Assembly: GCA_052390235.1 (NCBI GenBank)
Contig: JBQTHB010000005.1
Span: 352,001-416,000, forward strand
DNA: 64,000 nt
Direction: 5' to 3'
From: Deltaproteobacteria bacterium
GTDB taxonomy: Bacteria; Desulfobacterota_D; UBA1144; Nemesobacterales; CSP1-2
A program made the translations under genes and the position numbers. This document shows, one piece after another, positions 1 through 9,158 of the stretch (position 1 is its first letter; every line of letters starts with the position of its first letter). The notes beneath the pieces were generated by a model, which was not told where the DNA came from, searched no databases, and was given only the letters and a program-made list of their open reading frames with translations.

Positions 1-107
1 AGGTCTGCAGGCGGTTTAGCAGGTGGGGAGAAGAACAGCGTATAAGAGAAAATTATTAAAACCGACAAGGCGAAAAACAATATGTAGTTGAATCTCGAAC
101 TGTCCAT
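1..107 (-). CDS. yidC: Membrane protein insertase YidC, 5' end only (runs off window)
   Basis: Manual translation from ATG at 107 gives MDSSRFNYILFFALSVLIIFSYTLFFSPPAKPPAD (N-terminal TM anchor); canonical rpmH-rnpA-yidD-yidC order. Confidence 0.8.
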   Translation of the reverse strand, partial: MDSSRFNYILFFALSVLIIFSYTLFFSPPAKPPAD

Positions 108-132
108 TTATTTATACCCCTAACCTCGTAAA

Positions 133-357
133 TTATTTTATCGGATCGTATCCGCCGCGGCTCAGCGGATGGCATCTGGCAATTCTCCCTAGGGCGAGCC
201 GCAAACCCTCCTTGAAACCGCGCTTTTTTATGGCTTCTTCGCAATATTGGGAGCAACTCGGATAAAAACGGCAGGACGGCGGCAGGACGGGAGAGATGAA
301 ATACCTGTATGACTTTATCAGCAGTAACGCGCTAAAGACCAAGGGATTCCTTTTCAT
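133..357 (-). CDS. yidD: Membrane protein insertion efficiency factor YidD
   Basis: ISPVLPPSCRFYPSCSQY...RCHP..GGYDP signature; operon position. Confidence 0.95.
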   Translation of the reverse strand: MKRNPLVFSALLLIKSYRYFISPVLPPSCRFYPSCSQYCEEAIKKRGFKEGLRLALGRIARCHPLSRGGYDPIK

Positions 358-707
358 ACGAAATTCGACTTACAAACTCCGATAATCTCCTGCCGGGCTT
401 TACTGAAGCTGATGGATTCGATGTTTTTTCTCGTCATGACCAAAACATCGCGAGAGCCGAAGATTGACCGATTAAGCCTAAAAACCTCTCTTATGATTCT
501 CTTCGCCCGATTCCGCTTAACCGCGCTTTTGGAGCTTTTCTTTCCCACTATCAGCCCAAGACGCGGACAACCAAGCGAATTTTCCCTGTATATTAGAGTG
601 AAATTGCCCGAGTACAGCCTCGCGCCGCTGTGAAGGGCTTCTTTAAAGTCAGAGCTTTGTCGGATTCTCGATTCGCTGGGGAAAGAAGAGCACTGATGAC
701 ACTTCAC
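354..707 (-). CDS. rnpA: Ribonuclease P protein component
   Basis: [19 protein letters not shown] motif; start placed at GTG 707, overlapping the rpmH stop (GTGA); ORF track starts at 716. Confidence 0.93.
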   Translation of the reverse strand: MKCHQCSSFPSESRIRQSSDFKEALHSGARLYSGNFTLIYRENSLGCPRLGLIVGKKSSKSAVKRNRAKRIIREVFRLNRSIFGSRDVLVMTRKNIESISFSKARQEIIGVCKSNFV

Positions 708-853
708 TTCTTCCAACGTTCTACCGTGAGCGAGTGCCTGCCCTTCGCCATGCGCCTCTTAATTGTGCGGACGCCACTTGGAGTGCTCATTCTCTCACGA
801 AACCCGTGAGTCCTCATTCTTCTCTTAACGTGTCGCTGAAATGTTCTTTTCAT
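704..853 (-). CDS. rpmH: 50S ribosomal protein L34 (missing from ORF track, 49 aa)
   Basis: Manual translation [49 protein letters not shown]. Confidence 0.95.
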   Translation of the reverse strand: MKRTFQRHVKRRMRTHGFRERMSTPSGVRTIKRRMAKGRHSLTVERWKK

Positions 854-950
854 TTTACTGTCCTTGGCAACAAGCTAACACGAAAAATCTCAAAGGTCAA
901 GAATTCATCCTGATATAGCCCGCTGCCGGGATTGGCGACACAATTGATAA

Positions 951-1622
951 TCACTCTATTCCCATTCCCGCCTTCATCGCTTCGATTTTTTTATATTCCA
1001 CGGCGGCGGCGCGGGAGCTTTGAGGATTCGTGCATTCGGCGGATATGTCCCCTATCCGGTTCTGCTCGTTATCCACAAACACGATTAGGTCGTTGATTTG
1101 CAAAACCATTCCGTTATTGACGAGCAGGCACTGCCCCGTAGCCCGAAAACTGCGGTTCACCCTTGGCACGAACACCGAGGTTATATCGCACTCCTCATCT
1201 CCGATAACGTCTCCGAATACCGTTGCCGTGCCGACCTGAGGCACGTTGGAGGCGAAAATCGTAACCTCGTCTCCGTCAGAGACTAGCTCGGCGAGAATTC
1301 GATTTCTATCGTCGAAGAAAGATACTGGATTATCCGAGAAATCCACGGTCAGAGGGGGGCTCATGCAGGCTTGAGGCGCGGGAGTTGGCGTTGGAGCGGG
1401 AGTGGGCGCGGCAGTCGCCGTGGGCGTTGGCGTTGCGCCCGGAGCCGGAGTCGGCGTTGGAGCGGGTGTGGGGGTTGCTCCGGGGTCGGGTATCGGGGTG
1501 ATTACGGGTCTTGCCGTGGGCGTGGGGGTAGTCGAGCGGTTTTGTCCGCCGCCGCCGCACCCTCCGATACTTCCGAGCGCGATGAATGCGCCGAGTAAAA
1601 TATAGGCGATGAATTTTTTCAC
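951..1622 (-). CDS. Putative lipoprotein with Pro/Thr/Ala-rich linker and Cys-containing C-terminal domain
   Basis: Signal [22 protein letters not shown]; (PT)n/(PAPT)n low-complexity repeats; GGGGAG RBS. Confidence 0.75.
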   Translation of the reverse strand: MKKFIAYILLGAFIALGSIGGCGGGGQNRSTTPTPTARPVITPIPDPGATPTPAPTPTPAPGATPTPTATAAPTPAPTPTPAPQACMSPPLTVDFSDNPVSFFDDRNRILAELVSDGDEVTIFASNVPQVGTATVFGDVIGDEECDITSVFVPRVNRSFRATGQCLLVNNGMVLQINDLIVFVDNEQNRIGDISAECTNPQSSRAAAVEYKKIEAMKAGMGIE

Positions 1623-1824
1623 TTTCTGTCTCTCCCCTGCCGGTTTTGTTTAGTGTCTGTCTCTGGTTTGCTTTAGAGATTAGCACAACATTTTAATTGA
1701 TTTCAAGAGCCGATGCCCGTAAGTTTTTATTCCGTGCAGGCGTTCGGCAGGATTAACCAAGCCCATCGCAGGCGGGGTCTAATCCTCAGTGGTTTGCATA
1801 AACTGACGGGAGACGCTATCCACT

Positions 1825-3372
1825 ATGAATAACGCTCATAAAATTGCCGCCGGAATTCTATTCACCGACCAATACCAGCTTACGATGGCTCAGCTTTACT
1901 ACCGAATGGGTCTCCACGAAAAGCCAGCGCGTTTTGACCACTTCTTCCGCGACTACCCCGATTACGGCACTCACAAAGCCGGATACTGCGTCAACGCGGG
2001 CTTGGAATCGCTCCTCGTCAGGATGCGGGGGGCGCATTTTCGCGACGCCGACATTGACTGCCTCAAAAGCCAAAAGAGCCTTGCGGGAAAACCCCTTTTC
2101 CATTCGGATTTTCTCAGGTGGCTTCGGCGCGGCGGCAATTTCGAGGGCATCTCCCTCAGCGCCGTTCCCGAAGGGCGGGTGGTTCACGCTAACGTCCCGA
2201 TAACCGTTGTCGAGGGGGGGATGGCAATGGCTCAGATTCTGGAATCCGCGCTCCTCAATATTCTCAATTACCAGATTCTCATAGCCACCAAAGCCGCCCG
2301 CATCCGCGAGAGCGGCAGAGGACAACTCCTGCTTGAATTCGGACTCCGCAGGGCGAACGACGCCGGAGCTATAGCAGGCACAAGGGCGGCGCTCATAGGC
2401 GGGGCGGATTTTTCATCTAACGTTGGCATCTCGTGCGCCCTCGGATACCCTCCGAAAGGCACTCACGCCCACAGCATGGTTCAGCTTTTCATGGCTCTGG
2501 GCGAGGGCGAACTGGAGGCGTTTCGAGCCTTTGCAGGCGTGTATCCCGACGACTGCCTGCTCTTGGTTGACACCATTAACACCCTCGAAAGCGGAATTCC
2601 AAACGCCATCCGCGTATTCGAGGAACTCAGGCGCAAGGGTCATAAGCCCCTGGGGGTGAGGCTCGATTCTGGAGACCTCGCGCACCTGAGCATTCAGGCA
2701 TCAAAAATGTTGGATGAGGCGGGCTTTCGTGAAACCTCAATTGTGCTGTCCAATAACCTCGACGAGCTTGTCATCTGGCAGATAATCACCCAGATTTATG
2801 AGGAATCCCCCAAGTACGGCGTTGACCCACACCGCCTTGCCGGGAGGCTCGTCTTCGGAGTCGGCACGCGCCTTATTACCTCGCACGGGGAGTCCGCCTT
2901 GGGAGGGGTGTACAAGCTCGTCGCCGTGAAAGACGGGCAAGGCTGGACGCCGACGATAAAGATTTCTGAGTCCTTGAGCAAGACTCCGAACCCCGGCACA
3001 AAAGCCGTATGGCGGATATACGACGCGAGGGGCAGAGCCACGTCCGACCTCGTGGGGTTAGCCGGCGAAGACCCCGCCGCGTTGGATGAGATAACCCTTC
3101 ATCATGCCTCGGATCACACAAAATATCGGACATTGAGCAAGAGGGAAATCTCGCAGGTTGAGCCGCTTCTCGCCGAAGTTCTCAGAGAGGGGAAATTGGT
3201 CTATGAGCTTCCTTCGATTGAGCAAATGAGGGAGCGGCGCAAGGCCGATGTAGAGCGGATGGATACTGGGGTCAAGCGAATCATGAATCCTCATATATAT
3301 CACGTCTCGCTCACGGAAACACTCTGGGATATGAAGCTGAATCTGATTCGTTCTGTGAGGAAATCGGGCTAG
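1825..3372 (+). CDS. pncB: Nicotinate phosphoribosyltransferase
   Basis: [44 protein letters not shown] motifs. Confidence 0.92.
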   Translation: MNNAHKIAAGILFTDQYQLTMAQLYYRMGLHEKPARFDHFFRDYPDYGTHKAGYCVNAGLESLLVRMRGAHFRDADIDCLKSQKSLAGKPLFHSDFLRWLRRGGNFEGISLSAVPEGRVVHANVPITVVEGGMAMAQILESALLNILNYQILIATKAARIRESGRGQLLLEFGLRRANDAGAIAGTRAALIGGADFSSNVGISCALGYPPKGTHAHSMVQLFMALGEGELEAFRAFAGVYPDDCLLLVDTINTLESGIPNAIRVFEELRRKGHKPLGVRLDSGDLAHLSIQASKMLDEAGFRETSIVLSNNLDELVIWQIITQIYEESPKYGVDPHRLAGRLVFGVGTRLITSHGESALGGVYKLVAVKDGQGWTPTIKISESLSKTPNPGTKAVWRIYDARGRATSDLVGLAGEDPAALDEITLHHASDHTKYRTLSKREISQVEPLLAEVLREGKLVYELPSIEQMRERRKADVERMDTGVKRIMNPHIYHVSLTETLWDMKLNLIRSVRKSG

Positions 3373-3394
3373 AAGAGGGGGGGCGGTACGGCAA

Positions 3395-4258
3395 GTGCTT
3401 AAATTTATTCCACTGCTAGCGCTGACGGCGGCGGCTCTCGCCTATCGGGAATCCTTCGCGGGCTGGGTTTTGATGTGCGTCATCGGGTTTTCGGTGTATC
3501 TGGGATGCAAGTGGCTCACGTGGCGAAGGGCGCTCGAACGGGGGCTGACCCCTCCCCCAGGACGCTCGCTCGCATACCTAGCGGGCTGGATAGGGATGGA
3601 CGCCGAGGGATTTCTCGATAGCCGCGCCAATGTGCCGAAGCCTCTGCCTGCGGAGTGGATTGCGGCATCGGGAAAAACGCTCGCCGGAGGGCTTCTGCTC
3701 TGGATTATTGCTCCCATGATTCCCACGGATGAGAGGCTGATAGTCGGCTGGACGGGGTCTGCCGGACTGCTCTTGCTTACCTTTTTCGGGGCGTTTCACC
3801 TCAACGCCCTCCTCTGGAGGTATTTCGGAGTGAACGCGCGGCACATTATGCGCTCCCCTCTCCTGGCGCGCTCGCTTGCCGAGTTCTGGGGCGAGAGGTG
3901 GAATCTCGCCGTTCACGGATTGCTGTCGAATTTTGTATTCCGCCCTGTTGCGCGCTGGTTTGGGGTGAATCCGGCGGTTTTCGCCTCTTTTTTAGTGTCT
4001 GGCTTTGCCCACGAACTCATCACCTCGATTCCGGCTCGCGGGGGGTACGGGATGCCGACCCTATATTTCCTCATTCAATTCGTTGGGATGTTTTTCGAGC
4101 GTTCGGAGGTTGGAGGCAGACTCGGCTTGGGCAGGGGCGGCGCGCGGGGGAGAATTTATACGGCTGTTTTTACCGCTTCTCCGGTGTTTCTGCTATTTCA
4201 TCCGTGCTTTGCCGTGGACGTAGTGGTTCCGCTCATGATGAAAATTCGGGCTATTTAG
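3395..4258 (+). CDS. Membrane-bound O-acyltransferase (MBOAT, wax-synthase-like)
   Basis: Multi-TM; SLAEFWGERWN and FLVSGFAHE (catalytic His) motifs. Confidence 0.8.
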   Translation: MLKFIPLLALTAAALAYRESFAGWVLMCVIGFSVYLGCKWLTWRRALERGLTPPPGRSLAYLAGWIGMDAEGFLDSRANVPKPLPAEWIAASGKTLAGGLLLWIIAPMIPTDERLIVGWTGSAGLLLLTFFGAFHLNALLWRYFGVNARHIMRSPLLARSLAEFWGERWNLAVHGLLSNFVFRPVARWFGVNPAVFASFLVSGFAHELITSIPARGGYGMPTLYFLIQFVGMFFERSEVGGRLGLGRGGARGRIYTAVFTASPVFLLFHPCFAVDVVVPLMMKIRAI

Positions 4259-4457
4259 GCGCACAATTGAATTTCGGGATGGCTTGCATCTGCGTGGGGG
4301 TATTCTGCTCCGTGGATGATGAAACCTGCGCATATCTCGAATTAATTTCATTTTCTGTTAACCGCCGATGAAGTTTCGCTTAAGAGAGCTTTAACGCGAG
4401 CGGAGCGCCCCTCGGTTCTCTTGCAAATTCAATGCCTCAAGCTACACTAAAGGCATA

Positions 4458-5423
4458 ATGATTGAGTACAATGAGGGGATTCGTCTAAGCGGGACTGACA
4501 TTTGGTTCGATTCAAAAAAGTCGTCCCCGTTTACTTTCCTCTCAAACGCGGATGCGAGCCGATACGTGCATCATGAAAAAGTCGTAGCCACCCCGCAGAC
4601 GATAAAACTCGCCGAAAAGAGCCTGAAAAATTCTGTCGCGCTCCCCTGCCCGTTCAATCACCCCTTTACGCTCGGCAGGATGCAGGTCGAACTCATACCG
4701 GCGGGCTACGTTCTCGGCTCCTGTCAAACGGTCATCAATATTGACGGAAAAAGAATCATCTACACCGGCGACTTCAAGCTCCGTGCCAGCGAAACCGCAG
4801 AGTCTGCCGAGGTGAGGCGATGCGACCTGCTCGTGATGAAATGCACTTACGGCATCCCGAAATATGTTTTCCCCTCTCCTCAGACTGTGATTGAGGCTAT
4901 AGTTGACTTTATAGACGGCGCTCTTGCAACGGGAACTACGCCTATTTTACTTGTGGATGTGCTGGGGAAATCGCAGGATATTGTGAAGGTTTTAGGCGAT
5001 TCGGGATATAAATTGAGCCTCCACCAATCCATTTACAAGAGCGTCAAGATTTATGAGGAGTTCGGGGTTACCTTCTCGAATTACGAGAGATTTAAGCCCT
5101 CGGCTCTCGACGGGAAGGTGCTATTAGCCCCCGTTTATATACGAGGTTCGGAGGTCATAGAGCGAATAGAGCGCAAAAAAATCGGGGTCGTAATGGGCTG
5201 GGCTGTAGATAGAGGCTTCGTTAAATCCGTCTTCTCTGCCGATGAGGGATTCCCAATAAGCAACCACGCGGGCTACGACGAGCTTCTCGAATTCGTGGAA
5301 ATTGTAAAGCCTGAAGAGATTTATCTTATTCAAGGGTTTACCGCAGAATTTGCGAGAACCCTCCAAAAGAGGGGTTTTAAGGCAAAGCCCCTTGAGACCC
5401 CGTCTCAGCTGAAACTGCTCTAG
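4458..5423 (+). CDS. Metallo-beta-lactamase/beta-CASP fold exonuclease-like protein with degenerate metal ligands
   Basis: PAGYVLGS, IIYTGD, CTYG, GKSQ, SNHAG match the ligase-associated/mRNA 3'-processing exonuclease layout; HxHxDH absent. Confidence 0.75.
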   Translation: MIEYNEGIRLSGTDIWFDSKKSSPFTFLSNADASRYVHHEKVVATPQTIKLAEKSLKNSVALPCPFNHPFTLGRMQVELIPAGYVLGSCQTVINIDGKRIIYTGDFKLRASETAESAEVRRCDLLVMKCTYGIPKYVFPSPQTVIEAIVDFIDGALATGTTPILLVDVLGKSQDIVKVLGDSGYKLSLHQSIYKSVKIYEEFGVTFSNYERFKPSALDGKVLLAPVYIRGSEVIERIERKKIGVVMGWAVDRGFVKSVFSADEGFPISNHAGYDELLEFVEIVKPEEIYLIQGFTAEFARTLQKRGFKAKPLETPSQLKLL

Positions 5424-5431
5424 GGTGAGCG

Positions 5432-5851
5432 ATGACCGTCAAGACCGCCAAATTCAGCGTTGAAACCAATGGATTCACGGATTTGATTGATATAACCCGC
5501 AGGGTCGAGTCGGAGGTCGGGAAGTCCCGAATCCAGTCTGGCATCGCCTGTGTTTTTGTCCCCGGCTCTACCGCAGGGGTTACGACGATTGAGTTCGAGA
5601 GCGGCGCAATAGCCGATTTCAAGAAAGCCGCCGAGAGGCTCGCCCCTCAGAATATCCCCTATGAACACGACACGAGGTGGCGCGATGGGAACGGATTCTC
5701 GCACGTCCGGGCGGCTCTGCTCGGAGCGTCTCTCAGCGTCCCCTTTGCCGAATCGCGCCTTCTGATTGGAGTCTGGCAGCAGATTATCCTCGTGGATTTC
5801 GACAACAGACCCCGCACAAGGGAAGTGATTGTTCAAATTACGGGCGAGTAG
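5432..5851 (+). CDS. yjbQ: YjbQ/UPF0047 family protein
   Basis: GSTAGVTTIE, NGFSHVRA, GVWQQIILVDFD motifs. Confidence 0.88.
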   Translation: MTVKTAKFSVETNGFTDLIDITRRVESEVGKSRIQSGIACVFVPGSTAGVTTIEFESGAIADFKKAAERLAPQNIPYEHDTRWRDGNGFSHVRAALLGASLSVPFAESRLLIGVWQQIILVDFDNRPRTREVIVQITGE

Positions 5852-5887
5852 CGAGGTTGCCCATTCGTCCGCATCGCGCCCTTCTGG

Positions 5888-6418
5888 TTAAATTGTCTCG
5901 TCGGTTCCGCCGCTTCGCTTTTTCATTATTGCGTTAAATTCTGAAATCATATAACTCACCGCGCTTGAAGCCCAGTCGAGGGTGAAGCGGTTGACCTGAA
6001 ACTGCCCGTCCAGTAGTGGGAAAGCCACGCCGACCCTGCTTGATTTATTGATGATTTCATCCATTAAATTGAAATTGGCAAAGGTGTAGCTGAATTTCCC
6101 GGATATGCGCTTGCCGTTGCAGAGCATCTCAAGGCTTCTAGCAGTGAAATTGGAGTTGGCAAGGACTGGGTATCGGAGGTCTTTGTTTTCCTCGCAGCTG
6201 TTGTTGTTGACGAGCACCCAGTAGCATAGGTTGCTGTCGTAGTAGCAGTATTGTCCGAGTATTGCGCCGCTTGAGTTGGTTTGCGCCGCGTACATCCCCT
6301 TGTTGTCCTCGATAGTCCCCACGAACCAAGAACCCCCGAAACTCTTCTCCTGTGCCTGCGCCGCGACGCCGAGGAAAACGGCAACTGCGAGGCAGATACC
6401 CTGTATTAAATGTGCCAT
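5888..6418 (-). CDS. Hypothetical exported protein
   Basis: Signal peptide ending AQA; GGAGG RBS; several Cys; no family recognised. Confidence 0.7.
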   Translation of the reverse strand: MAHLIQGICLAVAVFLGVAAQAQEKSFGGSWFVGTIEDNKGMYAAQTNSSGAILGQYCYYDSNLCYWVLVNNNSCEENKDLRYPVLANSNFTARSLEMLCNGKRISGKFSYTFANFNLMDEIINKSSRVGVAFPLLDGQFQVNRFTLDWASSAVSYMISEFNAIMKKRSGGTDETI

Positions 6419-6613
6419 GATGACCTCCTAAGAAAGCAGATTTGCATTCAACCGACGTACCGCGCCGAGTTGTTAATTATAATCCTAAAACAAATGGATT
6501 TTCACGTCAATTTGTGGATGAAAAAAATACCGCCGCCCGCTTTTTCATTGCTGTGGGCTGGCGGCAGGGGCTCCGGAGGGAAGGGCTACCTTCCCTCCGC
6601 GCGGAGGAGCGGA

Positions 6614-7273
6614 TTAGACGAATTTCACTGAGAAGTGCTGGGGCTTATAGCGGATATTTAAATTGACGATGAGCGGGGTTATCGCCTCAATCATGCCCGA
6701 GGCTTCAAGCGCTCCGGCGTCCAGAACGCGCAGGTTGAGCATCTGTTCGGTGAGCATTTTCACCACGGCTTTCGCCTCGTCGTTGTCCCCGCAAATTACG
6801 ACGTCATAGTCGAGGGCTTGGTCAATTTGGCTCAGTTCCTTAGCCGGCAGGTTGTGATACGCCGAAACGAGTCTCGCCGTCTCAGGGAGGGCTGATTTAA
6901 TCTGAAGCGCGGACGACCCCTCGGCGGGCGGCGCGTAGGTAAAGGTTTTCCCCTTTTTAACCATGGACACGACCGGCGTTACGACGATTTGGTCTGTGAA
7001 GCTGTCTTTGATTTGGGCAATTGTCGGCGCGGCGTGTTCAGGCGGGATGCTGATGATAACTACCTCGGCGGCGCGGGCGGCGTCGGCGTTGGATGAGCCG
7101 TGTATATTCGACGGCACTCCGAGGGTTTCGAGTTTCTGAATATATTCGGCGGCGATGGTTTTAGCTTTTTCGTCGCTTCTTGAGCCGATAAATATCTCAT
7201 GCCCCACCTTAGACCATCTGAGGACGAGTCCCTCGGCAATGTCTCCGGTTCCACCTAAAAGAGCGATTTTCAT
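6614..7273 (-). CDS. npdG: NADPH-dependent F420 reductase (Fno/NpdG)
   Basis: MKIALLGGTG..GL..RW...GSRS..KA; EGSSA; VSAYHN; DVVICGD; IEAITPLIVNLNIRYK. Confidence 0.88.
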   Translation of the reverse strand: MKIALLGGTGDIAEGLVLRWSKVGHEIFIGSRSDEKAKTIAAEYIQKLETLGVPSNIHGSSNADAARAAEVVIISIPPEHAAPTIAQIKDSFTDQIVVTPVVSMVKKGKTFTYAPPAEGSSALQIKSALPETARLVSAYHNLPAKELSQIDQALDYDVVICGDNDEAKAVVKMLTEQMLNLRVLDAGALEASGMIEAITPLIVNLNIRYKPQHFSVKFV

Positions 7274-7409
7274 AGTTTTCTATCTCCTCTGCTTGCGGTT
7301 TTAAATTTCCGTTTATTTTAACAAAGAATTGAAATTATATGAAGGGCAATACCGGACGGGAGGTTATGTTGCCGCCACTCCCCATTCATGCCATCGTAGG
7401 GAAGAGATA

Positions 7410-7865
7410 TTAAAACCTCTGCTTAATAAAAATGAACGAGCCGAGGGGGATGAAAATACTCTCCTTCTTGGAGAAATCCGAAAACAGTTTTTCCGGCTCT
7501 TTCTTGCGCTCTTCGATGAGAAAAAGCAGAGAATTGTCGGATTCGCCCGTGTTTAGATTAAGCGGAGCGATGAGCTCCTCCCGGTTTATCGAGGTGGAAA
7601 GCTCCTGTGCGGCTCGGTCTGCGCCGAGAGTGGGGTCGGACTTCAATAGGCGATTGAGCTTGGAATTGGCGTAGTATAGGTTGAGCATGAAGTCTATGGG
7701 CATTTTTTTGTCGCTCAGGCTCAGTTCTAGGGGGAGAAGCCGAATTTCGCTCTGCTGCGTGGCGTTTGTGTGTGTGCGCTTGGGTAAATTGCTCTCTGCG
7801 CCCACAGCATTTTCGCCGAATGCCAAGCCGGAGATGATAAATATCAGAGCCAATTTCTGCATCAT
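7410..7865 (-). CDS. Hypothetical exported protein
   Basis: Start reassigned to ATG 7865 (MMQKLALIFII signal peptide, GGGAGG RBS); no family recognised. Confidence 0.6.
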   Translation of the reverse strand: MMQKLALIFIISGLAFGENAVGAESNLPKRTHTNATQQSEIRLLPLELSLSDKKMPIDFMLNLYYANSKLNRLLKSDPTLGADRAAQELSTSINREELIAPLNLNTGESDNSLLFLIEERKKEPEKLFSDFSKKESIFIPLGSFIFIKQRF

Positions 7866-7986
7866 GGAATTCCCCTCCCGCCGTCGGTATTCGAGAGCCG
7901 GCACCCTCCCGATGATATTGATATTGATGCTGGAGCGCGAGAAAAAGGGACTCTTTTGCCTCACCCACCCCCGCATATTATACAAT

Positions 7987-8016
7987 GATTTATACTAATT
8001 TATACTGATTTATGCT
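7987..8016. repeat. Three tandem 10-bp direct repeats (RATTTATRCT) next to a minus-strand TATAAT
   Basis: gatttatact aatttatact gatttatgct; ATTATA at 7976-7981. Confidence 0.6.
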
Positions 8017-8081
8017 ATTTGCATACGCTCGCAGCGATGTAATTGCTCTATCTCTTTGGCGCGCATCGCCGCGGCGCTGGC

Positions 8082-8846
8082 TCAGAGCGACTCCAGAAAC
8101 TCGGCGAGGATTCCGTTGAACTCTTCGGGCGCTTCCTGCATCATAAAATGCCCGGCGTTCTCGATAATAGAGAGTGTAGAGCCGGCGATTTTGCGATGCA
8201 GGTACTCCCCGTATTTTGCCGGAGTGAGCAGGTCTTCCCCGCCTGAGATGATAAGCGCGCGGGTAGAAATCCTATCCACTTCTGCTGTGATGTCGAATTC
8301 GTCGCAGGCAACGAGGTCATGATAGCAGACCTTCTGCCCGATGCCAATGAGGCCCTCGGTGAATTTCGCCTTCAACTCCTCGCAGGCCGAAGGGGCAAAC
8401 GCCCTGTTCGGGGCGACTTGGCAAAACCTCTCGTAGTCGTTTTCGACAATCGAGAGGGTCTCTTTGGCTACGGTCAATTTTGCCCCCGTGCCGACGAGAA
8501 TAATGGCGCGGACGGCTTCGGGATACCGAAGCGCGTAGAGGCTTGCTATCGCTCCGCCCATCGAATGCCCCACTAAAACGAGCTTTTCGAGACCTAGGGC
8601 ATCCGCAAAAGCCTTGAGAAAATCCCGATATTTGGCGACACTTCCGAGTCCCTCGCCGCCGGATGCGCAATGTCCCGGAAGGTCGGGGACGATAGAGCTA
8701 TATTTTTGGATAATGTCCTCTTGGAATCTCCACGTGAGGGCGCTTTGCCCTGCCCCGTGAATGAATAAAACCGCCGGGCGAGAGCCGTCAAAATTCGCCG
8801 AAATGCCGTAGCCGATGGAATCCCCATTTACCGAGATATGAGCCAT
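8082..8846 (-). CDS. Alpha/beta-fold hydrolase
   Basis: FIHGAG, DLPGH, GHSMGG nucleophile elbow, GGED, AGH. Confidence 0.92.
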   Translation of the reverse strand: MAHISVNGDSIGYGISANFDGSRPAVLFIHGAGQSALTWRFQEDIIQKYSSIVPDLPGHCASGGEGLGSVAKYRDFLKAFADALGLEKLVLVGHSMGGAIASLYALRYPEAVRAIILVGTGAKLTVAKETLSIVENDYERFCQVAPNRAFAPSACEELKAKFTEGLIGIGQKVCYHDLVACDEFDITAEVDRISTRALIISGGEDLLTPAKYGEYLHRKIAGSTLSIIENAGHFMMQEAPEEFNGILAEFLESL

Positions 8847-9029
8847 ATCCGAGCCTCCTTCGAGCTTGCGATATTAAACCCGGTGAGCGTAAATTTCACC
8901 TTGAATTTGGCAAAGAATATAGTAGGCTAATAGCAATTAATCAAATCTGAAAACAAATTGCACTTGGTAAATGTTGCTAACATCGTGTTTTTCCGAGAGC
9001 CGTTTTTATTAAGCCCAGAGGAAATTTCC

Positions 9030-9158
9030 ATGAGCGAGCCAGCGGTCAAAAAAAGATTCCCAGTCTCACCCCTCTACGGAGACCCGCGGGGGGATCAGGG
9101 GTTTTGGGGCGGTGGCATGAAGCCCTGGGAGATTGGACAAATGGGGTGGAGCAGATGA
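9030..9158 (+). CDS. Possible 42-aa upstream small ORF coupled to hemA
   Basis: GAGG RBS; stop overlaps hemA start (ATGA). Confidence 0.3.
   Translation: MSEPAVKKRFPVSPLYGDPRGDQGFWGGGMKPWEIGQMGWSR

Noticed and set aside
1370..1530. Short tandem repeats, considered as CRISPR or VNTR
   Set aside because: They encode the Pro-Thr-Ala linker; no repeat-spacer structure and no cas genes
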